This document shows, piece after piece, positions 7,324-18,113 of a stretch of 64,000 nt of DNA; position 1 is the stretch's first letter; every line of letters begins with the position of its first letter. The stretch spans positions 27,122 to 91,121 of the forward strand of contig JASJDA010000002.1 of the NCBI GenBank assembly GCA_030065755.1, written 5' to 3'. Under the pieces are notes generated by a model that had not been told where the DNA came from, did no database searches, and saw nothing but the letters and a program-made list of their open reading frames with translations. The position numbers and the translations under genes were made by a program. This DNA is from Prochloraceae cyanobacterium. GTDB taxonomy: Bacteria > Cyanobacteriota > Cyanobacteriia > Cyanobacteriales > JASJDA01.

Positions 7324-9252
7324 TTAAATTCGGATAGTACCCCCGTCAAATAAAGGTACGGTCATAGTAAAATTCTCGCCATAAGTAAGTTTTTGCTCTT
7401 CTAAAATACCGATAGCGATCTTTTCTCCGAGGCGCAGAGATTCGATATAATCCGTAAAGTAGTGTACTCCTGCCCAGTTACGACCGATCGAAATATTAGC
7501 TGCAATTTTATTTAGTTCTCCTTCAACAGTTAAAGGTTCTGCGATCGTGACCTGATTCAATCCATTACCATTTTCATTGGGTTCGTAGGCAATATATCGC
7601 TCTTCTTGTTTGCCGAAATTAAGTTCAAAGCCGCTATCGAAAAATGCTTTGAGCATGGTAACGCAAGCCCCAGCTACTGTTGCGTGTCCCGCACCATAAC
7701 TGGGATGCATTGGCGAACCTTCTGGAAAAGCCATAGGTAAGAAGTAATTATTTACGCCATTATCATCATCGTCATCGTCGTCATCGTCATCATCATCATC
7801 ATTATTACTACTATTTTGAGAAAGATTGTATTCTGCAACTAGATCCAACAAACTTTTATCTCCCAATAATTTCTCGTCTAAAGCCTCAACTAGCTTAGCG
7901 AGGGGTTTTAGTTCGCGATCGGTACCAATGCCTTTTTTATAGCGATCGATTAAACCAGCTAATGCCTCTGGTCGCAAGCGACGATGAACGTTAAACTTTT
8001 GATAGCGGACGGCTTTTAAGGCCCTAGTAGCTACTTCGCAGACTAAACTTAAAATCTGGGGAGCGCCAAATTGAGCAAAACCTTGCTGTTTGTCTTCTAC
8101 ATCTGGTTTTTGGAAAGGAATACCAGGATCGAAAGGGACTCCCATTCCCAACATAATCAAACAAGCATTGAGATAAGCTTCATAAAGCGCGTCGTAGTGT
8201 ACGTAAGTAGCTACATCTCTCGGAGTAGTAATAAAGCGATATTCATCGCCAACATAACTTTCAAGTCCGCGCAGGTCTGCACCATTCTGAACGTCCAACC
8301 AAGTCTCAAAATTGGTCATATAGTCCTGCGAAGGAGTAGCAACGCGGACTTTTTGATCGATCCGAATCGAACCATAGGTAATTAAACCGTCTTTTTGCTC
8401 TCGATCGCTGTTGTTGCTATTTATTCCTTCATTACCAATTAGCAAAAATTGAGATAGATAAGGGCCTTTTTGGTCTCCAGGTGCAATACCTCGAAAGATA
8501 TTTTGTCTTGTCACTGGCGGTCGATGACGCGCCCTTTCTAGATCGCTGAGTTCGCAACATTCCGAAGCAAACCAATTGCGACCCATAATTTTGACATTAT
8601 TTAAGATCGTAATTGCCTCTTGAACGGTTACTGGCAATTCCGTCTCATATTGTTCTCCTTCAACTGAAGAGTCTCGTAGTTGAGAAAAATGAATTTCTCT
8701 GAGTAAGGCTTGAAGATATAGTTCGGCTATTTCTGCCGCAAGTTCGACACTATCTATAGTTGGTGCCGGCGGCATAGTGACGGCTTGTGCGTCTGGCCCT
8801 TCTAAATCGAATGTTAATCCAGCACCAGCACTTTCCCAAGCACGCAGTTTTGCACCTCTGCCATCTTCAGCTTGTTTGGCTATTTCAGATTGCCAAAATT
8901 CTTGACGATTTTCAGTATCGCAAGTTATTTGTTGTTTACTCAAACAACCCGATTCTTTAGGTAGAGCGGCTGGCCCTAATGGAGTTTTCGCAAAATCTTT
9001 GGGGTCTCCCGATTGTATGCCTAAAACAAATTGCTGGTAGTCAGCGCTGTTTAATAGTAAACCAGTTTCTGGGTCGTGGGGCAAACCTTTAGTAAAATTA
9101 GCAATGTAGCTGGGTTCGTTGTTGTTCTCCCCTTTTGAACGGCGATACTTATATTCTTCTCCATTGCTTTTCTGTACTGCATGCGATCGATTTGCGGCAA
9201 TTTCAGCAGCATTATTTCTAATTTGTTGGGCTTGCTGTCTCCGATTCATCAT
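7324..9252 (-). CDS. vanadium-dependent haloperoxidase-like protein (PAP2 superfamily) with poly-Asp insert
   Basis: 642 aa. Motifs in order: KFNVHRRLRPE (K-x7-RP as in algal bromoperoxidases), PSYGAGHATVAGACVTMLKAFF (PSGH-type), GRNWAGVHYFTD (R-x5-H-x3-D). A run of 13 Asp is encoded at ~7762-7800. Confidence 0.7.
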   Translation of the reverse strand: MMNRRQQAQQIRNNAAEIAANRSHAVQKSNGEEYKYRRSKGENNNEPSYIANFTKGLPHDPETGLLLNSADYQQFVLGIQSGDPKDFAKTPLGPAALPKESGCLSKQQITCDTENRQEFWQSEIAKQAEDGRGAKLRAWESAGAGLTFDLEGPDAQAVTMPPAPTIDSVELAAEIAELYLQALLREIHFSQLRDSSVEGEQYETELPVTVQEAITILNNVKIMGRNWFASECCELSDLERARHRPPVTRQNIFRGIAPGDQKGPYLSQFLLIGNEGINSNNSDREQKDGLITYGSIRIDQKVRVATPSQDYMTNFETWLDVQNGADLRGLESYVGDEYRFITTPRDVATYVHYDALYEAYLNACLIMLGMGVPFDPGIPFQKPDVEDKQQGFAQFGAPQILSLVCEVATRALKAVRYQKFNVHRRLRPEALAGLIDRYKKGIGTDRELKPLAKLVEALDEKLLGDKSLLDLVAEYNLSQNSSNNDDDDDDDDDDDDDNGVNNYFLPMAFPEGSPMHPSYGAGHATVAGACVTMLKAFFDSGFELNFGKQEERYIAYEPNENGNGLNQVTIAEPLTVEGELNKIAANISIGRNWAGVHYFTDYIESLRLGEKIAIGILEEQKLTYGENFTMTVPLFDGGTIRI

Positions 9253-9440
9253 GAAGATAAATATCCTTAAATTTTTAAGTGCAACTCTTTTTTAGGCTTC
9301 TCTATATTTATTCTTTTGCTTTCAGATCTTTTCCGTAAAAAGAATATTTTTGTAATATTTGTTTATAAAAATCAAATGCAGGCGATCGAGATAAAAAATT
9401 AGCTTCGATCGAGCGTCCAACCTAACAACGGGAGTCGATT

Positions 9441-9594
9441 TTAACAGTTATCAGTGAACAGTTACCAGTTATCAGTTATGTGTTATCCCTGGGATCAAAA
9501 GTCCCCTACCTCTATAGGTAGAACGTCTCTCTCGTGGTTTAAATCCATGAGGGAGACCTGATAACTGATAACTGATAACTGGTAACTGTTTTAA
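9441..9594. mobile_element. 154-bp MITE-like element, copy 1 (TTAA-flanked, CTGATAA heptamer arms)
   Basis: Identical except 1 nt to 27565-27718. Termini aacagttatcag / ctggtaactgtt are inverted. Internal hairpin ctacctctataggtag. ttaa is present at both ends. Confidence 0.75.
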
Positions 9595-9648
9595 TTCTGC
9601 ATTGGTTTGAGGTTGACTCCCTAAATATTTAAAACTACCGAAGAGAAA

Positions 9649-10662
9649 TTATTCGTCAGAATAGCGCTTTTTAATATCTTCTAGATCTAAATCCACATTA
9701 GCAACATCGCCGTTTTGACTTTCTCCAATCACCGATCGCATCCCTTCTATGGTAGATAAGATGCTGCGAGGATCTAGAAACATTACTTTGCTGCTTTCGC
9801 TGCTACCAATAGTTTTACCCATTTCTAGATAATTTTGGGTCATGATAAACTGAAGGGCTTCTGTTGCTTTAGGATTGGTATTTAGTTTCTGGGTGACAAT
9901 CTCCATTGCTTCAGCAGTTGCTCCTGCTTTAAGGATTTGTTCAGTGCGTTGTGCTTCAGCTTTAAGTACAATTGCCTGTTTTTCTGCTTCAGCTTCGAGA
10001 ATCGCTGCTTTTTTGCGCGCTTCTGCTTCTAAAACTCTGGCTTGTGCTTGACCTTCTGCTGCGTTAATTGCAGAGTCTCTTTCTCCTTCTGAAGTTAATA
10101 TTGCTGCCCTTTTTCTCCTTTCTGCCGCCATTTGCAATTCCATGGAGTCTTGGACGGCTTTTGAAGGCATAATATCGCGCAATTCTACCCTAGTTATTTT
10201 TACGCCCCAAGGGTCGGTAGCAATATCTAGTTCTCTGAGCAGAATTTCATTAATTTCAGTGCGAGCAGTAAAAGTTTCGTCGAGTTCCAGTTTGCCCATT
10301 TCCGAGCGAATTTGAGTCAAAACCAAATTTTCGATCGCTATTTGCAGATTTTCTACCTTGTAATAGGCTTTATACATATCCATAATCCGCCAATAGACTA
10401 CTGCATCTACACTAATGGCAACGTTATCGCGGGTAATGCACGATTGAGCTGGCACGTCAAAAACTTTTTCGCGGGTGGTGTCTCTATAGACTACCTTATC
10501 AATGAAAGGAACTGTAAAATTTAGCCCTGGTTGAAGAGTCTTTTTATAACTTCCTAGAGTTTCTATTAAATATTCATTTTTTTCATTGACAATTTTGACC
10601 GAACCTGTTATGGCAGAGCCACCAAAGACTAATAATATTATCCAGAGAAAGGGAGTTTCCAT
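9649..10662 (-). CDS. SPFH/band-7 (stomatin/prohibitin-like) membrane protein
   Basis: The ORF track lists 9649..10719. I prefer the start at Met20 ([17 protein letters not shown] helix), which avoids overlap with nfeD. Band-7 core VDAVVYWRI...; Ala/Glu-rich coiled coil. Confidence 0.85.
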   Translation of the reverse strand: METPFLWIILLVFGGSAITGSVKIVNEKNEYLIETLGSYKKTLQPGLNFTVPFIDKVVYRDTTREKVFDVPAQSCITRDNVAISVDAVVYWRIMDMYKAYYKVENLQIAIENLVLTQIRSEMGKLELDETFTARTEINEILLRELDIATDPWGVKITRVELRDIMPSKAVQDSMELQMAAERRKRAAILTSEGERDSAINAAEGQAQARVLEAEARKKAAILEAEAEKQAIVLKAEAQRTEQILKAGATAEAMEIVTQKLNTNPKATEALQFIMTQNYLEMGKTIGSSESSKVMFLDPRSILSTIEGMRSVIGESQNGDVANVDLDLEDIKKRYSDE

Positions 10663-10687
10663 TTTGAATTGTCTTGTTACTGTGTAG

Positions 10688-11119
10688 TTAACAATTGAGC
10701 AAATTTTGCGGTAAGACAACTAGAGTATTACCTTCGCGCCTAATGACATGCACTTTTTCTCCAGGGGCGATCGTCTGGTATTCATTTTCGCACTTTGCTC
10801 GCCAGGAATTGCCTTCATAGAGAACTCTACCAGTATCACCTGGAGGAATTTCTGTTAAAGTTTCTGCAAAGTTATCGTCGCCTAAATTAGAGATTCTTCG
10901 CTTGGGGGTAAACAAACGTCGCGAGAGTATTATCAATAAAGTAGACAATAGTAGCCACAGAACGATTTGTAAAGAAGTCTGAGGCAATAATATTGAGATC
11001 GCAGCTACCAAAAAAGCGCTTATCCCCATCATAAAAGAAACAAAAGCGGTGGGGAAAACAAATTCCATTAGACAAAGAATTGACCCAGCGATCGACCAGA
11101 GAAGAGTGGGACTCAGCAT
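10688..11119 (-). CDS. NfeD-family membrane protein
   Basis: 143 aa with three N-terminal TM helices and a C-terminal OB-like [15 protein letters not shown]...[13 protein letters not shown]. Classic nfeD-stomatin gene pair. Confidence 0.8.
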   Translation of the reverse strand: MLSPTLLWSIAGSILCLMEFVFPTAFVSFMMGISAFLVAAISILLPQTSLQIVLWLLLSTLLIILSRRLFTPKRRISNLGDDNFAETLTEIPPGDTGRVLYEGNSWRAKCENEYQTIAPGEKVHVIRREGNTLVVLPQNLLNC

Positions 11120-11319
11120 ATGTGGGACAGCAAAAGTGAGATAGAGACCTCGCCAAAGTAGTTCAATCTACCTTCTATGATAGCCTTTGTCCCAATCTAT
11201 TAAGAGAGTTGAGTTAAAACAGTTAATGTTGGGGACATTACTATGCAAGAATATTTAGGGTTGCCTAGAAAGCTTTAACCAAGGTTGAAAAAATAGTATC
11301 GAGAGAGAACCAAAATTAT

Positions 11320-11541
11320 ATGAAAATTGGCGATCGCGTTCGCGTTATTAAATCTGTTGTCGTTTATCACCATCCAGAACATAAAAAAGAACCTTTCGAC
11401 ATTAAAGGAATGGAAGGAGAAATAATGGGAATTATTACAGAATGGGAAGGAAGGCCTGTAAGCGCCAATTTCCCAATTAGGGTTAAGTTTAGTAAAAAAT
11501 TTAACGCCCACTTTCGACAAGACGAAGTCGAAACAATTTAG
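11320..11541 (+). CDS. ftrV: ferredoxin-thioredoxin reductase variable subunit
   Basis: 73 aa. MKIGDRVRVIKSVVVYHHPEHK...GMEGEI...FPIRVKF matches the FtrV family pattern. Confidence 0.7.
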   Translation: MKIGDRVRVIKSVVVYHHPEHKKEPFDIKGMEGEIMGIITEWEGRPVSANFPIRVKFSKKFNAHFRQDEVETI

Positions 11542-11611
11542 TCGCCCAACCCTTACCTAGGAGGTCGATCGAGATTTATAGTGGAAAAAACGATCCCGAG
11601 GGCAGTAGACT

Positions 11612-12811
11612 ATGGTCAAATCAATATCTATACTCGGCTCCACTGGCTCAATTGGTACTCAGACCCTAGATATTGTCAGTCAATATCCAGACCAATTTCG
11701 CGTAGTTGGATTAGCCGCAGGCAATAACATAGAGCGGCTAGCAGAGCAAATTCGGCAGTTTCAACCAGAAATTGCCGCTACTTATTATGAAGAAAAATTA
11801 CCTCAATTAAAAGAAGCACTAGCCGATCTGCCTGAACTGCCAATTCTCTTAGCAGGTGCTGAAGGAGTAGCAGAAGTTGCCCGTTACGGCGACTCAGAAT
11901 CAGTAGTAACGGGAATAGTAGGTTGTGCTGGGTTGCTGCCAACCATAGCCGCGATCGAAGCAGGTAAAGATATTGCCCTAGCCAATAAAGAAACCTTAAT
12001 TGCTGCAGGACCAGTAGTATTGCCGTTAATAGAAAAACACGGTAACAAATTACTACCAGCAGATTCAGAACATTCAGCCATTTTTCAGTGCCTTCAAGGA
12101 GTACCCGATGGAGGTTTGCGCCGAATTATACTCACTGCTTCAGGAGGAGCTTTTCGCGATTTACCCGTAGAAAAATTAAGCTCGGTGAAGGTAGAAGATG
12201 CTCTCAAACATCCTAATTGGTCCATGGGCAAGAAAATTACTATAGACTCCGCCACTTTGATGAATAAGGGTCTAGAAGTAATCGAAGCTCACTATCTCTT
12301 CGGTCTAGATTACGATCGCATTGATATTGTCATTCACCCTCAGAGTATCATTCACTCTCTCATTGAGGTACAAGATACTTCAGTGTTAGCCCAATTAGGT
12401 TGGCCAGATATGCGCTTGCCCTTACTATACGCTCTTTCTTGGCCAGAGCGCATATATACGGATTGGGAACAGTTAGATTTAGTCAAGGCTGGTAGTTTGA
12501 CTTTTAGAGAACCAGACCATCAAAAATATCCTTGTATGAATTTAGCTTATGCTGCTGGGAGAGCAGGAGGTTGTATGCCTGCAGTACTAAACGCAGCAAA
12601 CGAGCAAGCAGTGGCACTCTTTATAGAAGAAAAAATTAAATTTTTAGATATTCCTCATTTAATTGAGAAAGCTTGTGAGGGTTTTTCAGGTCAAAATATC
12701 CAGAATCCTAGTTTAGATGACATTTTAGAAGCCGATCGCTGGTCGAGAGAGGCGATCGTCAAAGCTAGCGAGCAATTAGACCGAAAAGACAGCCTAATTT
12801 CTTTGAGTTAA
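11612..12811 (+). CDS. dxr: 1-deoxy-D-xylulose 5-phosphate reductoisomerase
   Basis: [16 protein letters not shown] (NADPH site), [42 protein letters not shown]. Confidence 0.95.
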   Translation: MVKSISILGSTGSIGTQTLDIVSQYPDQFRVVGLAAGNNIERLAEQIRQFQPEIAATYYEEKLPQLKEALADLPELPILLAGAEGVAEVARYGDSESVVTGIVGCAGLLPTIAAIEAGKDIALANKETLIAAGPVVLPLIEKHGNKLLPADSEHSAIFQCLQGVPDGGLRRIILTASGGAFRDLPVEKLSSVKVEDALKHPNWSMGKKITIDSATLMNKGLEVIEAHYLFGLDYDRIDIVIHPQSIIHSLIEVQDTSVLAQLGWPDMRLPLLYALSWPERIYTDWEQLDLVKAGSLTFREPDHQKYPCMNLAYAAGRAGGCMPAVLNAANEQAVALFIEEKIKFLDIPHLIEKACEGFSGQNIQNPSLDDILEADRWSREAIVKASEQLDRKDSLISLS

Positions 12812-12935
12812 TTTTCTTCAAAACCAAGTAAATCTTATAGTCTATACTTGTTTTATTGAACTAGAGGTATTTGCGGCAAACAAATAAAGCGCTAAGCTTG
12901 ATTAAGTTCAATATAGAAGAGCTGACGAGCTTCCA

Positions 12936-13802
12936 ATGGCAAATGCGGAACACGTTAATATACTCCTCCGTAAAGGAATAAGAGACTGGAATAAGTGGAG
13001 AAAAAAATACCGCAATATAATTCCAGACCTTAGCGAAGCTGACTTAAGTAACAGTGAAATCTGGAAAGCAGATTTAACTGGTGTCAATCTCACCAAAGCC
13101 AGACTGCGTTACACAGATCTAAATAATTCAGACCTGAGTAATGCAGAACTTTGGCAAGCAGATTTGACGGGGGCATACTTATGGAAGGCATCTCTTCAAG
13201 ATGCCTACCTCTCTAGTGCGAATTTGACCAAAGCTAACCTGAGAGAAACAAGTTTAGTTAGAGCTCAGGCGCTAGGTACAAATTTTGAGGGTGCAACTCT
13301 AACAGGAGCCTGCATAGAAGACTGGAATATCAATGGTGAAACTAACCTTAAAGACTTGATTTGCGATTTCGTTTATCTCAAAGATAAGGAACAGGAACGC
13401 TGTCCTACCGAGGGCAACTTTTCCCCAGGAGAGTTTGCCAAGCTTTTTGAGAGAACTTCTAAAACTGTCGATCTAGTTTTCCGCAATGGTATTGATTGGC
13501 GAGCCTTTCTCTCCTCATTCCAAAAGCTACAGGTAGAACTCAACAGTAACGAATTACTTATTCAAGCTCTAGAAAACAAAAACGATGGCGCTCTCTTAAT
13601 CAAGTTAAACATTCCTACTAATGCTAATCAAGAAGCAGTTGAGCAATACATAAAGAAAGAATACCAACTAGAATTACAGATGGTAAACCAAGAATATCGC
13701 GAAAAATTAAATGCCAAAGACGAACAGTTAGCAATATATCGTCAACAAAGTATGGATCTGATGGAAATTGCTACGATCGTCGCTAATGCTCTGGCTTTGT
13801 AA
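12936..13802 (+). CDS. pentapeptide-repeat protein with C-terminal coiled coil
   Basis: The N-terminal half consists of A(D/N)LXX pentapeptides (ADLSNSEIWKADLTGVNLTKARLRYTDLNNSDLSNAELWQADLTGAYL...). Confidence 0.8.
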   Translation: MANAEHVNILLRKGIRDWNKWRKKYRNIIPDLSEADLSNSEIWKADLTGVNLTKARLRYTDLNNSDLSNAELWQADLTGAYLWKASLQDAYLSSANLTKANLRETSLVRAQALGTNFEGATLTGACIEDWNINGETNLKDLICDFVYLKDKEQERCPTEGNFSPGEFAKLFERTSKTVDLVFRNGIDWRAFLSSFQKLQVELNSNELLIQALENKNDGALLIKLNIPTNANQEAVEQYIKKEYQLELQMVNQEYREKLNAKDEQLAIYRQQSMDLMEIATIVANALAL

Positions 13803-14000
13803 TTTGGCACGCAAGGAAGGCAAGAACTAGAAAAGCATAGGACTCGGGCATTCTATATTATGCCCTCCTAGTTAATTTGTGATTGACAACAAGATATTGC
13901 TTTCGAGCAATTTTTTTTTGAGTGTAAACAAATCCAAACACGATCGCCTACTGCGCAGAAGCAATTGGTACAGTGAAAGTGAATCTAGGAGCAAATACTT

Positions 14001-16433
14001 ATGGTCACTGTTGCAAACGAAAGTAAGACAAACACCACAAGAGAAACATCCCCGATCCTCTGGTTTGAAGAGGTAAGAACTTCTGATGTTAATTTGGTCG
14101 GGGGCAAAAATTCTTCTCTGGGAGAAATGCTCCAACAATTAAAGCCTGAAGGAGTGAACGTCCCCAATGGTTTCGCTACTACTGCTTATGCCTACCGCTA
14201 TTTTATTGAGTCGGCTAATTTAGAAGCAAAACTGCGCGACATATTTGCCGATTTAAATATTGACGACGTAAATAATTTACAGGAGCGTGGAAGACAAGCT
14301 CGTTCTCTAATTTTAAATACCCCTTTCCCCCAAGATTTAACTGACGCGATCGCCTCTTCATACGAAAAACTTTGCCAACTCTACAGCAAAGAAACAGACG
14401 TAGCAGTTCGATCGAGCGCTACCGCAGAAGATTTACCAGAGGCTAGTTTCGCAGGTCAGCAAGAAACCTATCTCAACGTTCGAGGAATTAAAGCTGTCTT
14501 AGAAGCAACTCATAAATGCTTCGCTTCTTTATTTACCGATCGCGCTATTTCCTATCGGGAAAACAATGGTTTCGATCACTTACAAGTCGCTCTCTCAGTT
14601 GGCATACAAAAAATGGTACGCTCTGACTTAGCTACTGCTGGAGTCACTTTCTCGATCGATACTGAAACAGGGTTTAAAAATGCTGTTTTTATCACCGCAG
14701 CCTACGGTTTAGGAGAAAATGTAGTTCAAGGTACTGTAAATCCCGACGAGTACGTAGTATTTAAACCTACTCTAGCAAAAGGCTACCGTCCAATCCTCAA
14801 AAAACGGCTCGGTAGCAAACAGCTTAAAATGATCTACGATCGCGGTGGGTCGAAACTGACCAAAAATATCAACGTAACAGAAGCAGACAGGGAAAAATTT
14901 TGTCTTTCTGACGAAGAAATTTTGCAACTAGCAAAATGGGCAATTAAAATCGAAGACCACTACTCGAAGGTACGGGGGACATATACCCCAATGGATATAG
15001 AATGGGCAAAAGATGGAATAACAGGAGAACTGTTTGTAGTCCAAGCTAGACCGGAAACAGTACAATCTCAAAAAAGTAGCACCATTCTCAAAACTTATCA
15101 ACTACAAGAAAAGAGCGAAGTATTAGCAACAGGTCGCAGTGTAGGAGAAGCGATCGGCTCGGGAATAGCTCGCGTCATAACAGATGTAAGCAAAATACAC
15201 CTGTTCAAACCAGGAGAAGTATTAATTACCAAACGCACCGACCCCGACTGGGAACCGATCATGAAAAAAGCCAGCGCGATCGTTACCGATCGAGGGGGAC
15301 GCACTTGTCACGCAGCAATCATCGCCAGGGAAATGGGAATTCCCGCGATCGTCGGCTGCGGTAATGCTACAGGACAAGTAAAAACGGGTACGGACGTAAC
15401 AATTTGCTGCGCTGAAGGAGAAGAAGGGAAGGTTTATTCGGGTTTACTACCTTTTGAGGTCAAAGAAACCCCTCTGGAAAAATTACCCAGCACCCGCACC
15501 AAAATCTTAATGAATGTTGGCAATCCCCAACAAGCATTTTCTTCAGCAAGTATACCCTGCGATGGGGTGGGTTTGGCTCGTTTGGAGTTTATTATCGCCA
15601 ACCACATTCAAACACATCCACTGGCTTTGATTCATTTCGATCGACTAGAAGACGAATCTGTTAAAGCTAAAATTGCTGAATTAACAAAACACTACGAAGA
15701 CAAACCCCAGTTTTTTGTCGATAAGCTAGCTAGGGGAGTAGGGACAATCGGGGCTGCTTTCTATCCCAAACCAGTAATTGTTCGTCTCTCCGATTTTAAA
15801 ACTAACGAATACGCCAATCTCTTGGGGGGTAAGCAGTTTGAACCCCAAGAAGAAAACCCCATGTTGGGTTGGCGCGGTGCATCGCGTTACTACGATCCTA
15901 AATACCGCGAAGCTTTCGCCCTCGAATGTGCTGCCATCAAACGAGTACGAGACGAAATGGGTTTAACTAACGTTATTCCTATGATTCCTTTCTGTCGCAC
16001 CCCAGATGAAGGGCGACAAGTGTTAGCAGAAATGGCAAAACACGGCTTAGAAAGGGGCGTAAATGGTTTAGAAGTGTATGTAATGTGCGAGTTACCGAGT
16101 AATGTTATTTTGGCAGACCAATTTAGCCAAGTATTTGACGGGTTTTCCATTGGTTCTAACGATTTGACTCAGCTTACTTTAGGTCTCGATCGCGATTCTG
16201 CTTTGGTAGCCCATTTATTTGACGAACGCAACGAAGGAGTAAAACGCACGGTCAAGTTGGCTATAGAAACCGTCAAAAGATCGGGGCGCAAAATAGGTAT
16301 TTGCGGTCAAGCCCCTAGCGATTATCCCGAGTTTGCTAAGTTTTTAGTAGAGTTGGATATTGATTCTATTAGTCTCAATCCCGATTCTGTTCTCAAAACT
16401 CTTTTGATGGTGGCAGAAGTAGAAAATCAATAG
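14001..16433 (+). CDS. ppsA: phosphoenolpyruvate synthase
   Basis: 810 aa. VGGKNSSLGEM, SATAEDLPEASFAGQQETYLN, GGRTCHAAIIAREMGIPAIVG (phospho-His), C-terminal PEP-utilizer TIM barrel GSNDLTQLTLG. Confidence 0.95.
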   Translation: MVTVANESKTNTTRETSPILWFEEVRTSDVNLVGGKNSSLGEMLQQLKPEGVNVPNGFATTAYAYRYFIESANLEAKLRDIFADLNIDDVNNLQERGRQARSLILNTPFPQDLTDAIASSYEKLCQLYSKETDVAVRSSATAEDLPEASFAGQQETYLNVRGIKAVLEATHKCFASLFTDRAISYRENNGFDHLQVALSVGIQKMVRSDLATAGVTFSIDTETGFKNAVFITAAYGLGENVVQGTVNPDEYVVFKPTLAKGYRPILKKRLGSKQLKMIYDRGGSKLTKNINVTEADREKFCLSDEEILQLAKWAIKIEDHYSKVRGTYTPMDIEWAKDGITGELFVVQARPETVQSQKSSTILKTYQLQEKSEVLATGRSVGEAIGSGIARVITDVSKIHLFKPGEVLITKRTDPDWEPIMKKASAIVTDRGGRTCHAAIIAREMGIPAIVGCGNATGQVKTGTDVTICCAEGEEGKVYSGLLPFEVKETPLEKLPSTRTKILMNVGNPQQAFSSASIPCDGVGLARLEFIIANHIQTHPLALIHFDRLEDESVKAKIAELTKHYEDKPQFFVDKLARGVGTIGAAFYPKPVIVRLSDFKTNEYANLLGGKQFEPQEENPMLGWRGASRYYDPKYREAFALECAAIKRVRDEMGLTNVIPMIPFCRTPDEGRQVLAEMAKHGLERGVNGLEVYVMCELPSNVILADQFSQVFDGFSIGSNDLTQLTLGLDRDSALVAHLFDERNEGVKRTVKLAIETVKRSGRKIGICGQAPSDYPEFAKFLVELDIDSISLNPDSVLKTLLMVAEVENQ

Positions 16434-16841
16434 ATTTGCTGTTGGTTATTTGCTATTTGTTTATCACTCTTTCGGGATAAAAGAACATAAAAAATCTTGC
16501 GCAGTTTTAGTAGATTTAGCGAGCATCCGAAGCAATAGCTGGAGTTGGTGAGAAGCCTACGCTGTATACGTTAGTATCAGCGTAGGAGTATGTCACGATT
16601 CCAAACCTCACGATCTGGGTTTCTGTTTCTTTCTCGTTGTAGTAGTTTTTCGCAACTACCTTTTAACGCTATGGTTATCAGGCCTTATGTACCTTGCGCC
16701 AAAGAGATGAAAAGATAAACATACCCAAAAATAAAAAAAATATTAAATTACTTTACAAATTTTTACAAATCCCTTAACATATATAACAACAGGCGAAAAA
16801 CCTGATTATCATAAAAAAACATAACCGCAATCATACGCACC

Positions 16842-17924
16842 ATGACAACTACATTACAACAGCGCGAAAGTGCTTCCCTATGGGAACAGTTTTGCCAGTG
16901 GGTAACCAGCACCAACAACCGTTTATACGTAGGTTGGTTCGGCGTTCTGATGATCCCTACTCTCTTAACTGCAACCACTTGCTTCATCATCGCCTTCATC
17001 GCTGCTCCTCCAGTAGACATCGACGGTATCCGCGAGCCTGTAGCTGGTTCCTTATTATACGGAAACAACATCATCTCTGGTGCTGTTGTACCTTCTTCCA
17101 ACGCGATCGGCCTTCACTTCTACCCCATCTGGGAAGCTGCTTCCTTAGATGAGTGGTTATACAACGGTGGTCCTTACCAGCTAGTAATTTTCCACTTCTT
17201 GATCGGAGTCTTCTGCTACCTCGGTCGTCAGTGGGAACTTTCTTACCGCTTGGGAATGCGTCCTTGGATCTGTGTTGCTTACAGCGCACCAGTATCTGCA
17301 GCTACCGCAGTCTTCTTGATCTATCCTCTAGGTCAAGGTTCCTTCTCTGACGGAATGCCTCTCGGTATCTCTGGAACCTTCAACTTCATGTTCGTGTTCC
17401 AAGCAGAGCACAACATCTTAATGCACCCCTTCCACATGTTGGGAGTAGCAGGTGTATTCGGCGGCGCATTATTCTCTGCAATGCACGGTTCTCTAGTAAC
17501 TTCTTCTTTAGTACGTGAAACTACTGAAACCGAATCACAAAACTACGGTTACAAATTCGGACAAGAAGAAGAAACCTACAACATCGTAGCAGCACACGGA
17601 TACTTCGGTCGCTTAATCTTCCAATACGCGTCCTTCAACAACAGCCGTTCCTTGCACTTCTTCCTAGCTGCATGGCCAGTAGTAGGAATCTGGTTCACCG
17701 CTTTAGGTATCAGCACCATGGCGTTCAACCTCAACGGATTCAACTTCAACCAGTCCATCCTTGATTCTCAAGGTCGTGTCATCAACACCTGGGCTGACAT
17801 CCTCAACCGCGCTAACCTCGGATTTGAAGTAATGCACGAGCGTAACGCACACAACTTCCCCTTAGACCTAGCTAGCAACGAAGCAACTCCAGTTGCTCTA
17901 ACTGCTCCTTCCATCGAAGGCTAA
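16842..17924 (+). CDS. psbA: photosystem II D1 protein
   Basis: 360 aa. [40 protein letters not shown].... Gln at the position before WELSYRLG, a residue used to distinguish D1 isoforms. C-terminal extension present. Confidence 0.98.
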   Translation: MTTTLQQRESASLWEQFCQWVTSTNNRLYVGWFGVLMIPTLLTATTCFIIAFIAAPPVDIDGIREPVAGSLLYGNNIISGAVVPSSNAIGLHFYPIWEAASLDEWLYNGGPYQLVIFHFLIGVFCYLGRQWELSYRLGMRPWICVAYSAPVSAATAVFLIYPLGQGSFSDGMPLGISGTFNFMFVFQAEHNILMHPFHMLGVAGVFGGALFSAMHGSLVTSSLVRETTETESQNYGYKFGQEEETYNIVAAHGYFGRLIFQYASFNNSRSLHFFLAAWPVVGIWFTALGISTMAFNLNGFNFNQSILDSQGRVINTWADILNRANLGFEVMHERNAHNFPLDLASNEATPVALTAPSIEG

Positions 17925-17950
17925 TAGTCTAAAGCTTAGTTAAATAAAAA

Positions 17951-17973
17951 GCCTCCCAATTGGGAGGCTTTTT
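17951..17973 (+). terminator. rho-independent terminator of psbA
   Basis: gcctccc-aatt-gggaggc followed by ttttt, 27 nt after the psbA stop codon. Confidence 0.85.
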
Positions 17974-18113
17974 AGTTTTTCATTGGTTCATCTATTATCA
18001 ATAAGCTTAATTTGATGACAATAGCTTGAAATTAAAGTGTTTTATTCCGCTTCGATCGCCTTTTCAGTGGTTGTCGATCGAAGCGCAAAAGTGCATTCAG
18101 TTTATTAAACTAC

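Noticed and set aside
3085-9252. CDPS plus vanadium haloperoxidase as one biosynthetic gene cluster (halogenated diketopiperazine)
   Set aside because: The two genes are ~3 kb apart and separated by a patatin gene on the other strand and by housekeeping purQ/purS. With no co-orientation or operon structure, the link is too weak to claim.
10887-11520. ORFs 10887..11156 (-) and 11275..11520 (-)
   Set aside because: The first is an alternative frame of nfeD. The second is antisense to ftrV. The neighbouring annotated genes have clear family signatures and these ORFs do not.
16740-16841. psbA promoter (-35 TTTACA / -10 TATATA-like hexamers in ctttacaaatttttacaaatcccttaacatatataac)
   Set aside because: Several alternative hexamer pairings with non-ideal spacing are possible. 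Without a mapped transcription start site I cannot choose one, so I do not report it as a feature.
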